39,928 nucleotides of DNA from positions 11,681 through 51,608 of the forward strand of contig CAZZXB010000003.1 in NCBI GenBank assembly GCA_964658025.1, given 5' to 3'. The DNA is from an uncultured Janthinobacterium sp. (lineage in GTDB: Bacteria; Vulcanimicrobiota; Vulcanimicrobiia; Vulcanimicrobiales; Vulcanimicrobiaceae). Position numbers and translations under genes: made by a program. The notes under the pieces were generated by a model. It was given only the letters and a program-made list of their open reading frames with translations. It did not search any database and was not told the origin of the DNA. Shown here piece after piece: positions 10,152-19,034 of the stretch (the first letter of the stretch is position 1; each line of letters begins with the position of its first letter).

Positions 10152-11154
10152 AGTGCGAGGCTCCAAACGCGTGCTCGTCGGGACCGCGGTCCTGATCGCG
10201 CTCGCCGCCGGTGCGACGGCGCTCGCCGGAGCGAATCCGCTCGACGCGATCTCCGCGGTCGTGCGCGGGGCGCTCGGCGGCCCGCGCCAGCTCGCCGAGA
10301 CGCTCGTGCAGACGACGTCGCTACTCTTTCCCGCGCTCGCCGTCGCATTCGCCTTTCGCGCCGGCTTCTTCAACATCGGCGCCGAGGGGCAACTCGTCCT
10401 CGGCGGTCTCGGAGCCGGTCTCGTCGGCGGCGCGCTCGCGGCGCCCGGGTTCGTCGCGATACCGACGATCCTCGCCACGGGTGCCCTCTGCGGCGGCGCG
10501 TGGGGTGCGATCGCGGGCTACCTGCGCGCGCGATTCGGCGGGAGCGAAGTGATCGCGACGCTCATGCTCAACGTGGTCGCCACGCTGCTCGCGACGTATC
10601 TCGTGACGGGTCCGCTCGCCGTGCCGAACGCGCAAGCCGCCGAGACCGCGACCTTGCCGACGAGTTCGTGGTTACCGACGCTCGTTCCGGAGACGCGCCT
10701 GAGCCTCGCGTTACCGATCGGGCTCGCCCTCGCGGTCGCGCTCGCGTTCGTCTTCGCGCGAACGGTGTTCGGCTACGAATTACGCGCCGTCGGCGCCGCC
10801 CCCGAAGCCGCCGCGCGCGCGGGCATCGATCTCGGTCGGTCCGCGTTCGTCGCGATGACGATCTCGGGCGCGATCGCCGGCCTCGGCGGCGCGACGATCG
10901 TCGCGGGCGTCCTCCATCGATTCAACGTCGAACTCTCGCCCGGCTACGGATTCATCGCGATCGCCGTCGCACTCGTCGGAGGGCTCGACCCGCTCCGCAT
11001 CGTCGTCGCGTCGTTCGCGTTCGGCATCCTGCAGAACGGAAGCCTGACGATGCAGGCGCTCGCGCACGTGCCGGCGGACACCGTGTCGCTCGTGGAAGGT
11101 CTCGCGATCCTCGCGCTCGCGACGCGACGCGTCGTCCGAGCGGTCGCGCGTTGA
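10144..11154 (+). CDS. Nucleoside ABC transporter permease
   Basis: AFRAGFFNIGAEGQ, EVIATLMLN, GYELRAVG and GYGFIAIAVAL motifs. Confidence 0.92.
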   Translation: MPEVRGSKRVLVGTAVLIALAAGATALAGANPLDAISAVVRGALGGPRQLAETLVQTTSLLFPALAVAFAFRAGFFNIGAEGQLVLGGLGAGLVGGALAAPGFVAIPTILATGALCGGAWGAIAGYLRARFGGSEVIATLMLNVVATLLATYLVTGPLAVPNAQAAETATLPTSSWLPTLVPETRLSLALPIGLALAVALAFVFARTVFGYELRAVGAAPEAAARAGIDLGRSAFVAMTISGAIAGLGGATIVAGVLHRFNVELSPGYGFIAIAVALVGGLDPLRIVVASFAFGILQNGSLTMQALAHVPADTVSLVEGLAILALATRRVVRAVAR

Positions 11155-12014
11155 GCGGCATCCTCGCGTTTTTCGGACTCACGCTCGTGAAGGCGACGCC
11201 GCTCGTGTTCGCCGCGCTCGCGGGCGTCGTTTGCGAGCGTGCGGGCATCTTGAACATCGCGCTCGAGGGCGCGCTCGCCGTCGGCGCGTTCGCGGCCGTG
11301 GCGGTTTCCGCCGCGACCGGGAATCCGCTCGTCGGGGCGCTTGCGGGCGTGCTCGCGGGCGTCGCGTTCTGCGGCATGCTCGGCTTCGCCGCGACGCGCG
11401 CGGCCGTCGACCAGATCGTCGCCGGAACCGGACTCAATCTCGCCGCGCTCGCGGGGTGCGCGTTCTCACTCGTCGTGATCTTCGGTCAGCCGGGCGCCTC
11501 GCCCGAGGTTCCCGCGTTCGGCCGATCGGGCGTCGTCGCGTTCGTGTCGCTCGCCGCGTTCTGCGCGTTCGCGCTCCACGTCGCGCTGGCGCGAACGCCG
11601 TGGGGACTCCGCGTCCGCGCGGCCGGCGAAAATCCGCACGCCGTGCTCGCGGTCGGCGTCGATCCGCGGAACGTACGACTCGTCGCGACGCTCGTCGGCG
11701 GCGCGCTCGCCGGGCTCGGCGGCGTTTTCCTCTCGCTCTGCGAACTCGATCTCTACTCGGACGGGATGACGGCCGGTCGCGGCTTCATCGCCCTCGCCGC
11801 CGTGATCTTCGGACGATGGACGCCGCTCGGTTCCGCCGCGACCGCCGTCGCGTTCGGCGCGCTCTCCGCGGCGCAATTCGGCCTGCAACGCACCGGCGTT
11901 CCGAGCGAACTGCTCCAGGCGCTTCCCTACCTCGCCGCGCTCTGCGCGCTAACGGGCATCGCCGGCCGCGCCCGAGCCCCGGCCGCCGACGGCGTTCCGT
12001 TCGAACCGGAATGA
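11151..12014 (+). CDS. Nucleoside ABC transporter permease
   Basis: ERAGILNIALEG, GLRVRAAGENP and GRGFIALAAVIFGRW. TTG start overlaps the previous TGA. Confidence 0.92.
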   Translation: MSGILAFFGLTLVKATPLVFAALAGVVCERAGILNIALEGALAVGAFAAVAVSAATGNPLVGALAGVLAGVAFCGMLGFAATRAAVDQIVAGTGLNLAALAGCAFSLVVIFGQPGASPEVPAFGRSGVVAFVSLAAFCAFALHVALARTPWGLRVRAAGENPHAVLAVGVDPRNVRLVATLVGGALAGLGGVFLSLCELDLYSDGMTAGRGFIALAAVIFGRWTPLGSAATAVAFGALSAAQFGLQRTGVPSELLQALPYLAALCALTGIAGRARAPAADGVPFEPE

Positions 12015-12033
12015 ATTAGCGGCCTTCGGTCCG

Positions 12034-12807
12034 CTACGGATCGCCGCGTAGCCGTCTGCGATAGAAGCGTGGCGACGTCGTGCGCGGCGGGTTCGTCCGA
12101 CGGCGGAGTTGCACGCGCAGCGCTTCGAGCGAACCGAACGGAAAGACGCGGTCGGCGGTTGCGGCGACGACGTGGGCGTCGCCGCGACGCACGGACCACG
12201 CACCGAGCACGGCGGCGAAGTCTTCGGAGCAACAATCGAGTCCGGGAGAATACGGCGTCATCGCCGGAACGACGACGAGCGCTTCGCTCGCGACGAAGGC
12301 CGGGATCGTCTTGCCGCCGCCGAGATGCAGGCTCGGATGGAGATGACCGATGATCGCGCGTCGACCGAGTGCGGGCGGTCCGTCTCCGTGCACGAGTAAC
12401 CAGCCGCCGCGCTCGCATGCCTCGAACGTCTCGCCGAGAACGGCGAAGGCGCGCGAGCGTCCTTCGTGATTTCCCGCGACGAGCGTGACGCGGCGACGTT
12501 CGCGCAAGAGATCGAGCGCCGCGCGCACCGTGCGGAGCGCCCCTTCGCTCATCCGCGGACCGTGCACGATGTCGCCGAGGAAGACGATCTCGCGCGCGCC
12601 CATCCGCTCCGCGACGAGCCCGATCGTCGCGACCGTCTCGGTCGTGCTCCAGAGCGGGAGCGCACCGCCGACGACGTCCTCGTAGGCGAAGTGCGCGTCC
12701 GCGACGAGGAGCGTCGCGACGTCGTCGAGCCACGCGAGTCCGGGCGCGAGCGCCGTGACCCCGCGTGCGAGCGGATACGTTTCCTCCGCGCGCGCGGGAT
12801 ACTTCAT
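12034..12807 (-). CDS. Calcineurin-like metallophosphoesterase (Lhr-associated MPE/PdeM type)
   Basis: Motifs ADAH, GDIVH, GNHE, HGD and GHLHP; ATG at 12807 (MKYPARAEE). Confidence 0.85.
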   Translation of the reverse strand: MKYPARAEETYPLARGVTALAPGLAWLDDVATLLVADAHFAYEDVVGGALPLWSTTETVATIGLVAERMGAREIVFLGDIVHGPRMSEGALRTVRAALDLLRERRRVTLVAGNHEGRSRAFAVLGETFEACERGGWLLVHGDGPPALGRRAIIGHLHPSLHLGGGKTIPAFVASEALVVVPAMTPYSPGLDCCSEDFAAVLGAWSVRRGDAHVVAATADRVFPFGSLEALRVQLRRRTNPPRTTSPRFYRRRLRGDP

Positions 12808-12842
12808 GCGGTCGTCACGACCGCGATCGTTTCGAGGACGCG

Positions 12843-14234
12843 CTAGCACGTCCCGTTCGTGCAGAATTTGAGCGCCGAACCGAGATCGATGCCGTTCGTC
12901 GTCATCGGCAACGTGACGTGATCGCCGAAGACGTTCGCCGCGTGCGCGATCGCGCTCCAGCCGCCGCGCATCGACGCGAACGCGAGCCCGGGCGCGCCCG
13001 ACCAATTCGTATCGGTGATCGTGCCGCCGTAGTGCTCGCGATCGAGCGTGCGCAGGACGACCTTGACGTACGCCGCGTTCGGCGTCGCGTCGATCTGCGC
13101 GTCGCTGAGATCGAGGAAATAACGGGAGCCCTCCGGCGGACGCCCGCCCGGATACGTCCGACCGGCGCAGGCCGCGTAGCCGTCGGTGTTCCGGCCGTCG
13201 GAGGCCGCCGCGGGATAGACGAAGGCGTGGTCGGCGCAGAGCGCCGTCGTCGAGATCGCGTAGGGCAGCGAGCCGTGCGGATCGGATTCCGCCGCGGCGA
13301 CGAGCGTCGGATCGATCGCGCCGAGCGACGTCGCGATCTGCGTCGCGGTGCTCTGACTGCATCCCGTTCCGTCGCCGTCGTACGAACACTGACCCGCCGT
13401 GCCGACGGTCAGCACGGAACCGTTCACCGCGTTCGGCATCCCCGCGACCCACATGTCGATCTCGCGCCGGTTCGCGTCGTCGTCGATCGAGAGGTGGTGG
13501 TCGCTCGAACCTTCGGGATACGCGCCCGCCGGGACGCGGACGGTCGCGCCCGAGAGATGGGACGAGCCGCACGACCACGCGCTCCACGAGAATCCGCCGC
13601 ACGCGAGTTTGTGCGCGATCCCCGAGCCCGCCGGTAGGACGTACGTCGGCTCCGAATAATCGTGCGCGTCGTTCGGCGACGGCGTTAGCGTGATCTGGAA
13701 GTCGACGAAATTCGTTCTACCGCCGGGCTGATGCTGTTCGCTCGCCCATAACGCCGAAGAACCGCTAACGGACGGTGCGGCGGGCAGGCGCGCGCACATC
13801 GGATTGCGCCGGAAATGCGTGCACCCCAACCCGAACGCTTCGCGCGGAGCGCCCGGAACCGACGTCGGCGTCGCGGTCGGAGCGACGGTCGGCACGGACG
13901 TCGGAGCGGTGGTCGGCGCGGACGTCGGGAACGTCGTCGGTTGCGCGGTCGGGGCGATCGACGGCGTCCCGGTCGGCGCGACCGAGGGCCGGGCGGTAGG
14001 CGTGGCGGTCGGTTGCGGACTCGTCGTGTGGATCGGGAACGGCGTCGGCGTGGCGCTACGGATGGGACCGCCCGTCGGCAGCGGGACGCCGAACGACGGG
14101 GCGATCGTCGCCGCGACGCGGACGTTCTCGGAGAGCGGGGCCGCGGGTAACGACGTCGTTCCGCCGCCGCCGGAGCAGGCGGCGAACAGCGGGAGGGAAG
14201 CGGCAATAACGCCCGTCTTTAGAAGCGATCGCAT
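12843..14234 (-). CDS. Lipoprotein with Pro/Thr linker and Cys-rich domain (paralog B)
   Basis: Lipobox FAAC (Cys20), PTxx repeats, and a C-terminal domain homologous to 5329..6633. Confidence 0.85.
   Translation of the reverse strand: MRSLLKTGVIAASLPLFAACSGGGGTTSLPAAPLSENVRVAATIAPSFGVPLPTGGPIRSATPTPFPIHTTSPQPTATPTARPSVAPTGTPSIAPTAQPTTFPTSAPTTAPTSVPTVAPTATPTSVPGAPREAFGLGCTHFRRNPMCARLPAAPSVSGSSALWASEQHQPGGRTNFVDFQITLTPSPNDAHDYSEPTYVLPAGSGIAHKLACGGFSWSAWSCGSSHLSGATVRVPAGAYPEGSSDHHLSIDDDANRREIDMWVAGMPNAVNGSVLTVGTAGQCSYDGDGTGCSQSTATQIATSLGAIDPTLVAAAESDPHGSLPYAISTTALCADHAFVYPAAASDGRNTDGYAACAGRTYPGGRPPEGSRYFLDLSDAQIDATPNAAYVKVVLRTLDREHYGGTITDTNWSGAPGLAFASMRGGWSAIAHAANVFGDHVTLPMTTNGIDLGSALKFCTNGTC
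13857..14012 (-). repeat. 13 tandem P(T/S)xx tetrapeptide units (12-bp period), coding linker
   Basis: PTAT PTAR PSVA PTGT PSIA PTAQ PTTF PTSA PTTA PTSV PTVA PTAT PTSV. Confidence 0.8.
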
Positions 14235-14298
14235 CTCGTGGTCCTCGGAAATTCATGTCAAGAACGCGTAAACGTGGTCCCTTCATGTCATCGGAGGA

Positions 14299-16998
14299 TC
14301 AGCGATCGCGAACCACGTCCTCGGGGTCGGTGTGACGCTTCGGAACGTCGAACAATAACGGTGCCGTCTCGCGCGTGTCGGGCGTCACGGGACCTTCTCC
14401 CAACACGCCCAGCACGCGCTCGTGCAGGGCCTCGACCATCGTCGTACGATCGTCGAGCACCACGCTATCGCCGAAGCTCGACGTGACGATCCCGAACGTG
14501 AACGGCGACGCCGCGAGCGGATGCACGACGCGCGGCTCCGCCGGGAGCGCCTCGAGAAACGCGCGCGCGGCCGGACCGTCGAGGAGATCGCGCGTGACGA
14601 CGCGGATCGTCTCGCGCAATAACGGGAAGTCGGGATCGGCCGCGAGCAGTCGTTCGAATATTTTATCGCTGTTCCATCGCAGGCCGCTGCGGCGAACGGA
14701 ACGCCCGCCCGCACGGCGCAATACGAGGAGCCCCGTGTTCGCGACGTACCGAAAATGCGCGCGCAACAGATGCGAGCCGCGCAGACCCTCGAGCAGATCG
14801 CGATCGAAATCGCGCGCGTGCAAGAGCCCGGCCCACAGCGCGTCGGGTAGCGTTTTTCCCGCGGGCAGCGTGATGAGAAAGCCGTTGTCGTCGGTCGTGA
14901 TCTGCGTGTTGACGCGCGCCTCGCGATGGAGGCGCGCGCCGACGATCCGCGCGAGCGCTTCGTTCGTCCGGCGACCGGCGCAGGTATGGAAGACGGCGGT
15001 CTGCTTTTTGTCCATCCGGTAGATCTCGACGAGCGCCTCGCCCGGCGGCGCGACGGCGGAGATCGCCATCTGTTGGGCGATGTAGCGGACCGCGTGCTGC
15101 GCTTCCGCGCCGCGTAGCGCGTAGCGTCGATCGAGCCAGCGCAGCGTCTTCGCGGCGCCCTCCGATTCGAGGCGGCGCGCGAGCTCGAAACGGAGCGTCG
15201 CCGTCTCGCGCGCGAGCAGGCTCGGCACGCCTTTGATGTGGGAACTCCACTGCGGCACGTTCGGACGTCCGGCGAAGGGCTCGACGGCGATCCCGCCGCC
15301 GCGCACCTCGCGCACCTTGAACGTCTTGCCCGAGAGCAGGACGACGTCGCCGACCTGCAAGCTCGATGCATAACTCTCGTCGACCTTGCCGATCGCGCCC
15401 GCGCCGCGCGCCACGACCGCGATCTGCGACTCGTCGGGGATGGTCCCCACGTTTTCGAAGAACGCGCTGCAGACTTCGCGACCGAGCCCGAAGATCGCGA
15501 CGCCGTCGGTGCCGAGACGTCGGACGTGCGCTTCGTCGGGACCGACGCCGCCGCCCGAGAGATACGCGACGCACGCGCGCAGATCGGCCTCGGCGAGATC
15601 GCGGTACGGTTCCGCGCGGCGCGCGCGGGCGAGCGCGTCGTCGATGGTCACGCGGCGGTCGTAACAGACGCACGAGACGAGCCACTGCGCGAGCACGTCG
15701 AGCGGGGCCTCGGGGATCGCGATCTCCTCGATCCGACCGTCCGCGATACAGCGTTTCGTCGCCGCGGCTTCGAGGATGTCGTCGCGATCCTGCGCGACGA
15801 CGACGCCGTCCGCGACGGCGCCCGGTCGATGCCCCGACCGTCCGACGCGTTGCAACGTCGACGCGACGCCGCGCGCGCCGCCGACGATGCACACGCGGTC
15901 GACGTAGCCGATGTCGACGCCGAGTTCGAGACTCGAACTGCAGACGACCGTGTGCAGGTCTCCGCGGCGCAAGCCCGCTTCGGTTTTGTGACGGACGCTC
16001 CGTTCGAGCGCGCTGTGATGGATGCCGATCTTCGCATCCGTGCGCGGGCGCGGTACGGCATCGGGGCTCGCGACGACGATCCCGGCCGACGTTTCGTCTC
16101 GCGACGCGACGAGTTGCGCCATCTCGTGCGCGACGCGCTCGGCTTGACTGCGCACGTTCGTGAACACGAGTTGCGTCCGCACGTCCGCGCCGAGTTCGAC
16201 GCAACGTTCCGCGATGCGCGCCATCGGCGCCATCGCCCCGGAGAACGGCGCGTCGATCGCGAGCCGCACGCTACGCAAGCGCCGCTCGTCGACGATCTCG
16301 CACGGCCGATCGCCGCCCGCGACGAAACGCGCGATCCGCTCGAGCGGGGCGATCGTCGCCGAGAGTCCCACGCGCACGAGCGGGTGCGCGACGAGTTCCT
16401 CGAGAGTCTCGAGACAGAGCGCGAGATACGAGCCGCGCTTGTTTCCCGCGAGCGCGTGCACCTCGTCGACGATGACCGTGTCGACCGCGCGCAGATGCTT
16501 GCGATACGTCTCCATCGCGAGCATGAGCGCGAGCGATTCGGGCGTCGTGAGCAAGATGTGCGGCGGCCGCGACATCATGAGTCGCCGTTCGTCCTGCGGC
16601 GTGTCGCTCGTGCGGACGCCCGTGCGGATCGACGTCTCGCGGATCCGCCCGCGCCGCAACGCCGCGCGTTCGGAATTGGGCCGCTCGAGTAAGCCCATCT
16701 CGCGGAGGGGTCGCCGCACGTTGTGTTCGACGTCGTATCCGAGCGCGCGGAGCGGCGAGATATACAAGACGTACGGTCGCGGATAGAGTTCGTCGCGATC
16801 GCGGGCGTCCGCGAGTCGGCTGATGACCGGGAGAAACGCGGCGAGCGTTTTCCCCGTTCCCGTCGGCGAACAGATGAGGTGCGTCCGACGCTCGAGACCG
16901 AGCGGAATGGCGCCGCGTTGCGGCGGCGTCGGCGTCGCGAGTTCGCTCGCACACCACGCCCCCACCGCCGGATGGAGACGCTCGAAAATAGCTTCCAC
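14299..16998 (-). CDS. lhr: Lhr-family SF2 DEAD/H helicase (Lhr-core)
   Basis: SPTGTGKT, YISPLRAL, TTPESL, DEVH, GLSAT, SSLELGVDIG and QRVGRSGH motifs, plus the Lhr-type P...DVLAQ and GTIPD. Confidence 0.9.
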   Translation of the reverse strand: MEAIFERLHPAVGAWCASELATPTPPQRGAIPLGLERRTHLICSPTGTGKTLAAFLPVISRLADARDRDELYPRPYVLYISPLRALGYDVEHNVRRPLREMGLLERPNSERAALRRGRIRETSIRTGVRTSDTPQDERRLMMSRPPHILLTTPESLALMLAMETYRKHLRAVDTVIVDEVHALAGNKRGSYLALCLETLEELVAHPLVRVGLSATIAPLERIARFVAGGDRPCEIVDERRLRSVRLAIDAPFSGAMAPMARIAERCVELGADVRTQLVFTNVRSQAERVAHEMAQLVASRDETSAGIVVASPDAVPRPRTDAKIGIHHSALERSVRHKTEAGLRRGDLHTVVCSSSLELGVDIGYVDRVCIVGGARGVASTLQRVGRSGHRPGAVADGVVVAQDRDDILEAAATKRCIADGRIEEIAIPEAPLDVLAQWLVSCVCYDRRVTIDDALARARRAEPYRDLAEADLRACVAYLSGGGVGPDEAHVRRLGTDGVAIFGLGREVCSAFFENVGTIPDESQIAVVARGAGAIGKVDESYASSLQVGDVVLLSGKTFKVREVRGGGIAVEPFAGRPNVPQWSSHIKGVPSLLARETATLRFELARRLESEGAAKTLRWLDRRYALRGAEAQHAVRYIAQQMAISAVAPPGEALVEIYRMDKKQTAVFHTCAGRRTNEALARIVGARLHREARVNTQITTDDNGFLITLPAGKTLPDALWAGLLHARDFDRDLLEGLRGSHLLRAHFRYVANTGLLVLRRAGGRSVRRSGLRWNSDKIFERLLAADPDFPLLRETIRVVTRDLLDGPAARAFLEALPAEPRVVHPLAASPFTFGIVTSSFGDSVVLDDRTTMVEALHERVLGVLGEGPVTPDTRETAPLLFDVPKRHTDPEDVVRDR

Positions 16999-17057
16999 GC
17001 GTTCGCTTTCGTTACGACGAGAAGGTTCGCGCGCGACGCAGTGGGTACATTTTCGCG

Positions 17058-18143
17058 ATGTCCTCCGTGCTCGCCCAGATGCTCCGCAAGGCGACGTCGA
17101 CGTACAACGACCGCTGGATCGAACAGAGCAAGACCGAATACAAAACGACGCCCCGCCCGGAAGTTCTCCAAGAGCACGTCCGTTATTGGGATGCCATCGT
17201 GCGCGCCGTGGAGACCTCGGAGTTCGAGGAAATCCTCGAACACGCGCGCGCGGCCGGGCGGCTCCAGGCCGCGAACGGTCTCGATCTGAGCGAGGCGATC
17301 GGACGGACGATCGAGGCGACCAATCTCATCGAGATCGCGCTCCTGGAGAGCAACGATGCGGACGTCCCGCCGATCGACATCATCAACGAGATCGCGGAAC
17401 TCCGCTCGATGATCGCGATGGCCGTCGCCGGCGGTTACAAGATCGAACAGGAACTGCAGAACGCGGGCGCCTCGCGCGACGGCGCGGTCGCGAAAGAACA
17501 GCTCCGCGAGATCATGCTCCGCAAGGCCGCATCGTTCGAGCAATCCACGCTCGCCACGGGCGACGAGATCGCGCCGCTCTACGCGGGCGGGATGCGATTC
17601 CACTTCGTCGACTACGGAAAACTGCGGCTCTACAATCTCTTGCCGAACGGCCGCTGCATCACGATCTCGATCCTCGGACCGGGCGACGTCTTCTTGCAAT
17701 GGGCCGCGGAATCGCAGAGTCTCTCGTGCCTCTGCGCGGAAGCGATGCAACCCTCGCACGTGATCTCCGCGAGCGAACGCGACATGGCGACGATCGTCTC
17801 CGCGCAACCCGAAGCCGCGATCGACGTGATGGGCTCGTTCGCACGCCGCCTCACCGAATCGCAAGTCCTCATCGAAGACCTCCTCAACAACAGCGTCAAC
17901 CTCCGCCTCTATCGCACGCTCTTGCAACTCGCGAACCAATTCGGACGCATCGAGGGCCCGCTCACCGTCATCGATTATCCGCTCACGCATCAGCGGCTCG
18001 CCGACATGATCGGATCCAATCGCGTCACCGTCACGCGAAAGCTCCACGAGCTGCAGGGGCGCGGGATCGTCGAGACGCGCAAGAACGCCACGATCGCGCT
18101 ACGCGACCTCAACGCGCTCGCCGGGCTCGCCGATCACGCCTGA
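17058..18143 (+). CDS. Crp/Fnr-family transcriptional regulator with an extra N-terminal helical (RsbRD_N/globin-like) domain
   Basis: C-terminal cNMP-like domain (GKLRLYNLLPNGR..TISILGPGDVF) and a Crp HTH (PLTHQRLADMIGSNRVTVTRKL). The first ~135 aa are an additional helical region. Confidence 0.88.
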   Translation: MSSVLAQMLRKATSTYNDRWIEQSKTEYKTTPRPEVLQEHVRYWDAIVRAVETSEFEEILEHARAAGRLQAANGLDLSEAIGRTIEATNLIEIALLESNDADVPPIDIINEIAELRSMIAMAVAGGYKIEQELQNAGASRDGAVAKEQLREIMLRKAASFEQSTLATGDEIAPLYAGGMRFHFVDYGKLRLYNLLPNGRCITISILGPGDVFLQWAAESQSLSCLCAEAMQPSHVISASERDMATIVSAQPEAAIDVMGSFARRLTESQVLIEDLLNNSVNLRLYRTLLQLANQFGRIEGPLTVIDYPLTHQRLADMIGSNRVTVTRKLHELQGRGIVETRKNATIALRDLNALAGLADHA

Positions 18144-18194
18144 CGCGCCCGAGGCGTCGGGACGCGCGGGAGCGGCTCCCGACGATCGAGACCA

Positions 18195-18237
18195 CGTGAT
18201 AGCCGTCACCGCTCGGAGGGTCGGCGCCGCGTAAGGT
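18195..18237 (+). promoter_or_regulatory. CRP-type operator CGTGA-N6-TCACC (18195-18210) plus -10 box TAAGGT (18232-18237) of bchM
   Basis: Site centre is 29.5 bp from the -10 hexamer start, the class II (-41.5) geometry. Confidence 0.72.
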
Positions 18238-18263
18238 GGGGTCAACCAAGAGAGGACGTTGCG

Positions 18264-19034
18264 ATGATCGCTTCCGCCCCCCGTACCGCGACCGGCACCC
18301 CGAAACTCGCCCCGGCACCCGCGCTTTTCGATTCGAAAGGCCCGTCGGAAACGGGCGCCCGCGTCCGGAGTTACTTCGAGAACTCCGGATTCTCGCGTTG
18401 GACGGCGATCTACGGAAGCGGCGACATCCCGCCCGTTTGGAAGGTCATCCGCGACGGCCACGCGCGCGCGCTCGAGACCGTCGTCCGCTGGGCGACGTCG
18501 ACGAAGAGCCGCACGGTCCTCGACGCCGGTTGCGGCACGGGGAACCTCTCGATCGAGCTCGCGCACCACGGCTTCGAAGTCGACGCGTTCGACGTCTCGG
18601 CACCGATGATCCACTTCGCGAAATACATCAACGCCGGTCGCACGAAGGGGATCGCGCCGCACTTCCAGGTCGGCGACATCGCCGCACTGGCGGGCGAAGG
18701 CCGCAGCTACGACGTCGTGTGCTGTCTCGACGTGCTGTTCCACTATCCGTACGACGAAGTCGCCGACATGCTCCGACGCCTCGCCGCGCTCGCCGAACAC
18801 AAGATCATCGGCTCGTTCGCGCTCCGTACGCCGATGAACGACTTCTGGATGAAAGTCGGTCAGCGCTTCCACGCCAAGAACCGGATGACGAAGCTCCACA
18901 TGTTCACCTACGACGAAGTCGAGCAAGTGCTGTACCGTGCCGGCTTCCGCATGGCGCGCAAGGAGCGCATCAAGTTCTTCTTCTACGATTCGTTCGTCTT
19001 CGAAGCGGTTCGGATGCCCGCCGTCGCCCGATGA
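18264..19034 (+). CDS. bchM: Mg-protoporphyrin IX O-methyltransferase
   Basis: V..YF...GF.RW..IYG, IRDGH, SAM motif VLDAGCGTG, CLDVLFHYP, and C-terminal FFY.S; adjacent to acsF. Confidence 0.93.
   Translation: MIASAPRTATGTPKLAPAPALFDSKGPSETGARVRSYFENSGFSRWTAIYGSGDIPPVWKVIRDGHARALETVVRWATSTKSRTVLDAGCGTGNLSIELAHHGFEVDAFDVSAPMIHFAKYINAGRTKGIAPHFQVGDIAALAGEGRSYDVVCCLDVLFHYPYDEVADMLRRLAALAEHKIIGSFALRTPMNDFWMKVGQRFHAKNRMTKLHMFTYDEVEQVLYRAGFRMARKERIKFFFYDSFVFEAVRMPAVAR

Noticed and set aside
18144..18263. PpsR/CrtJ (TGT-N12-ACA) or FNR (TTGAT-N4-ATCAA) sites before the bch genes
   Set aside because: Not found by eye upstream of bchM, bchH or bchL; the motif present is GTGA-N6-TCAC.
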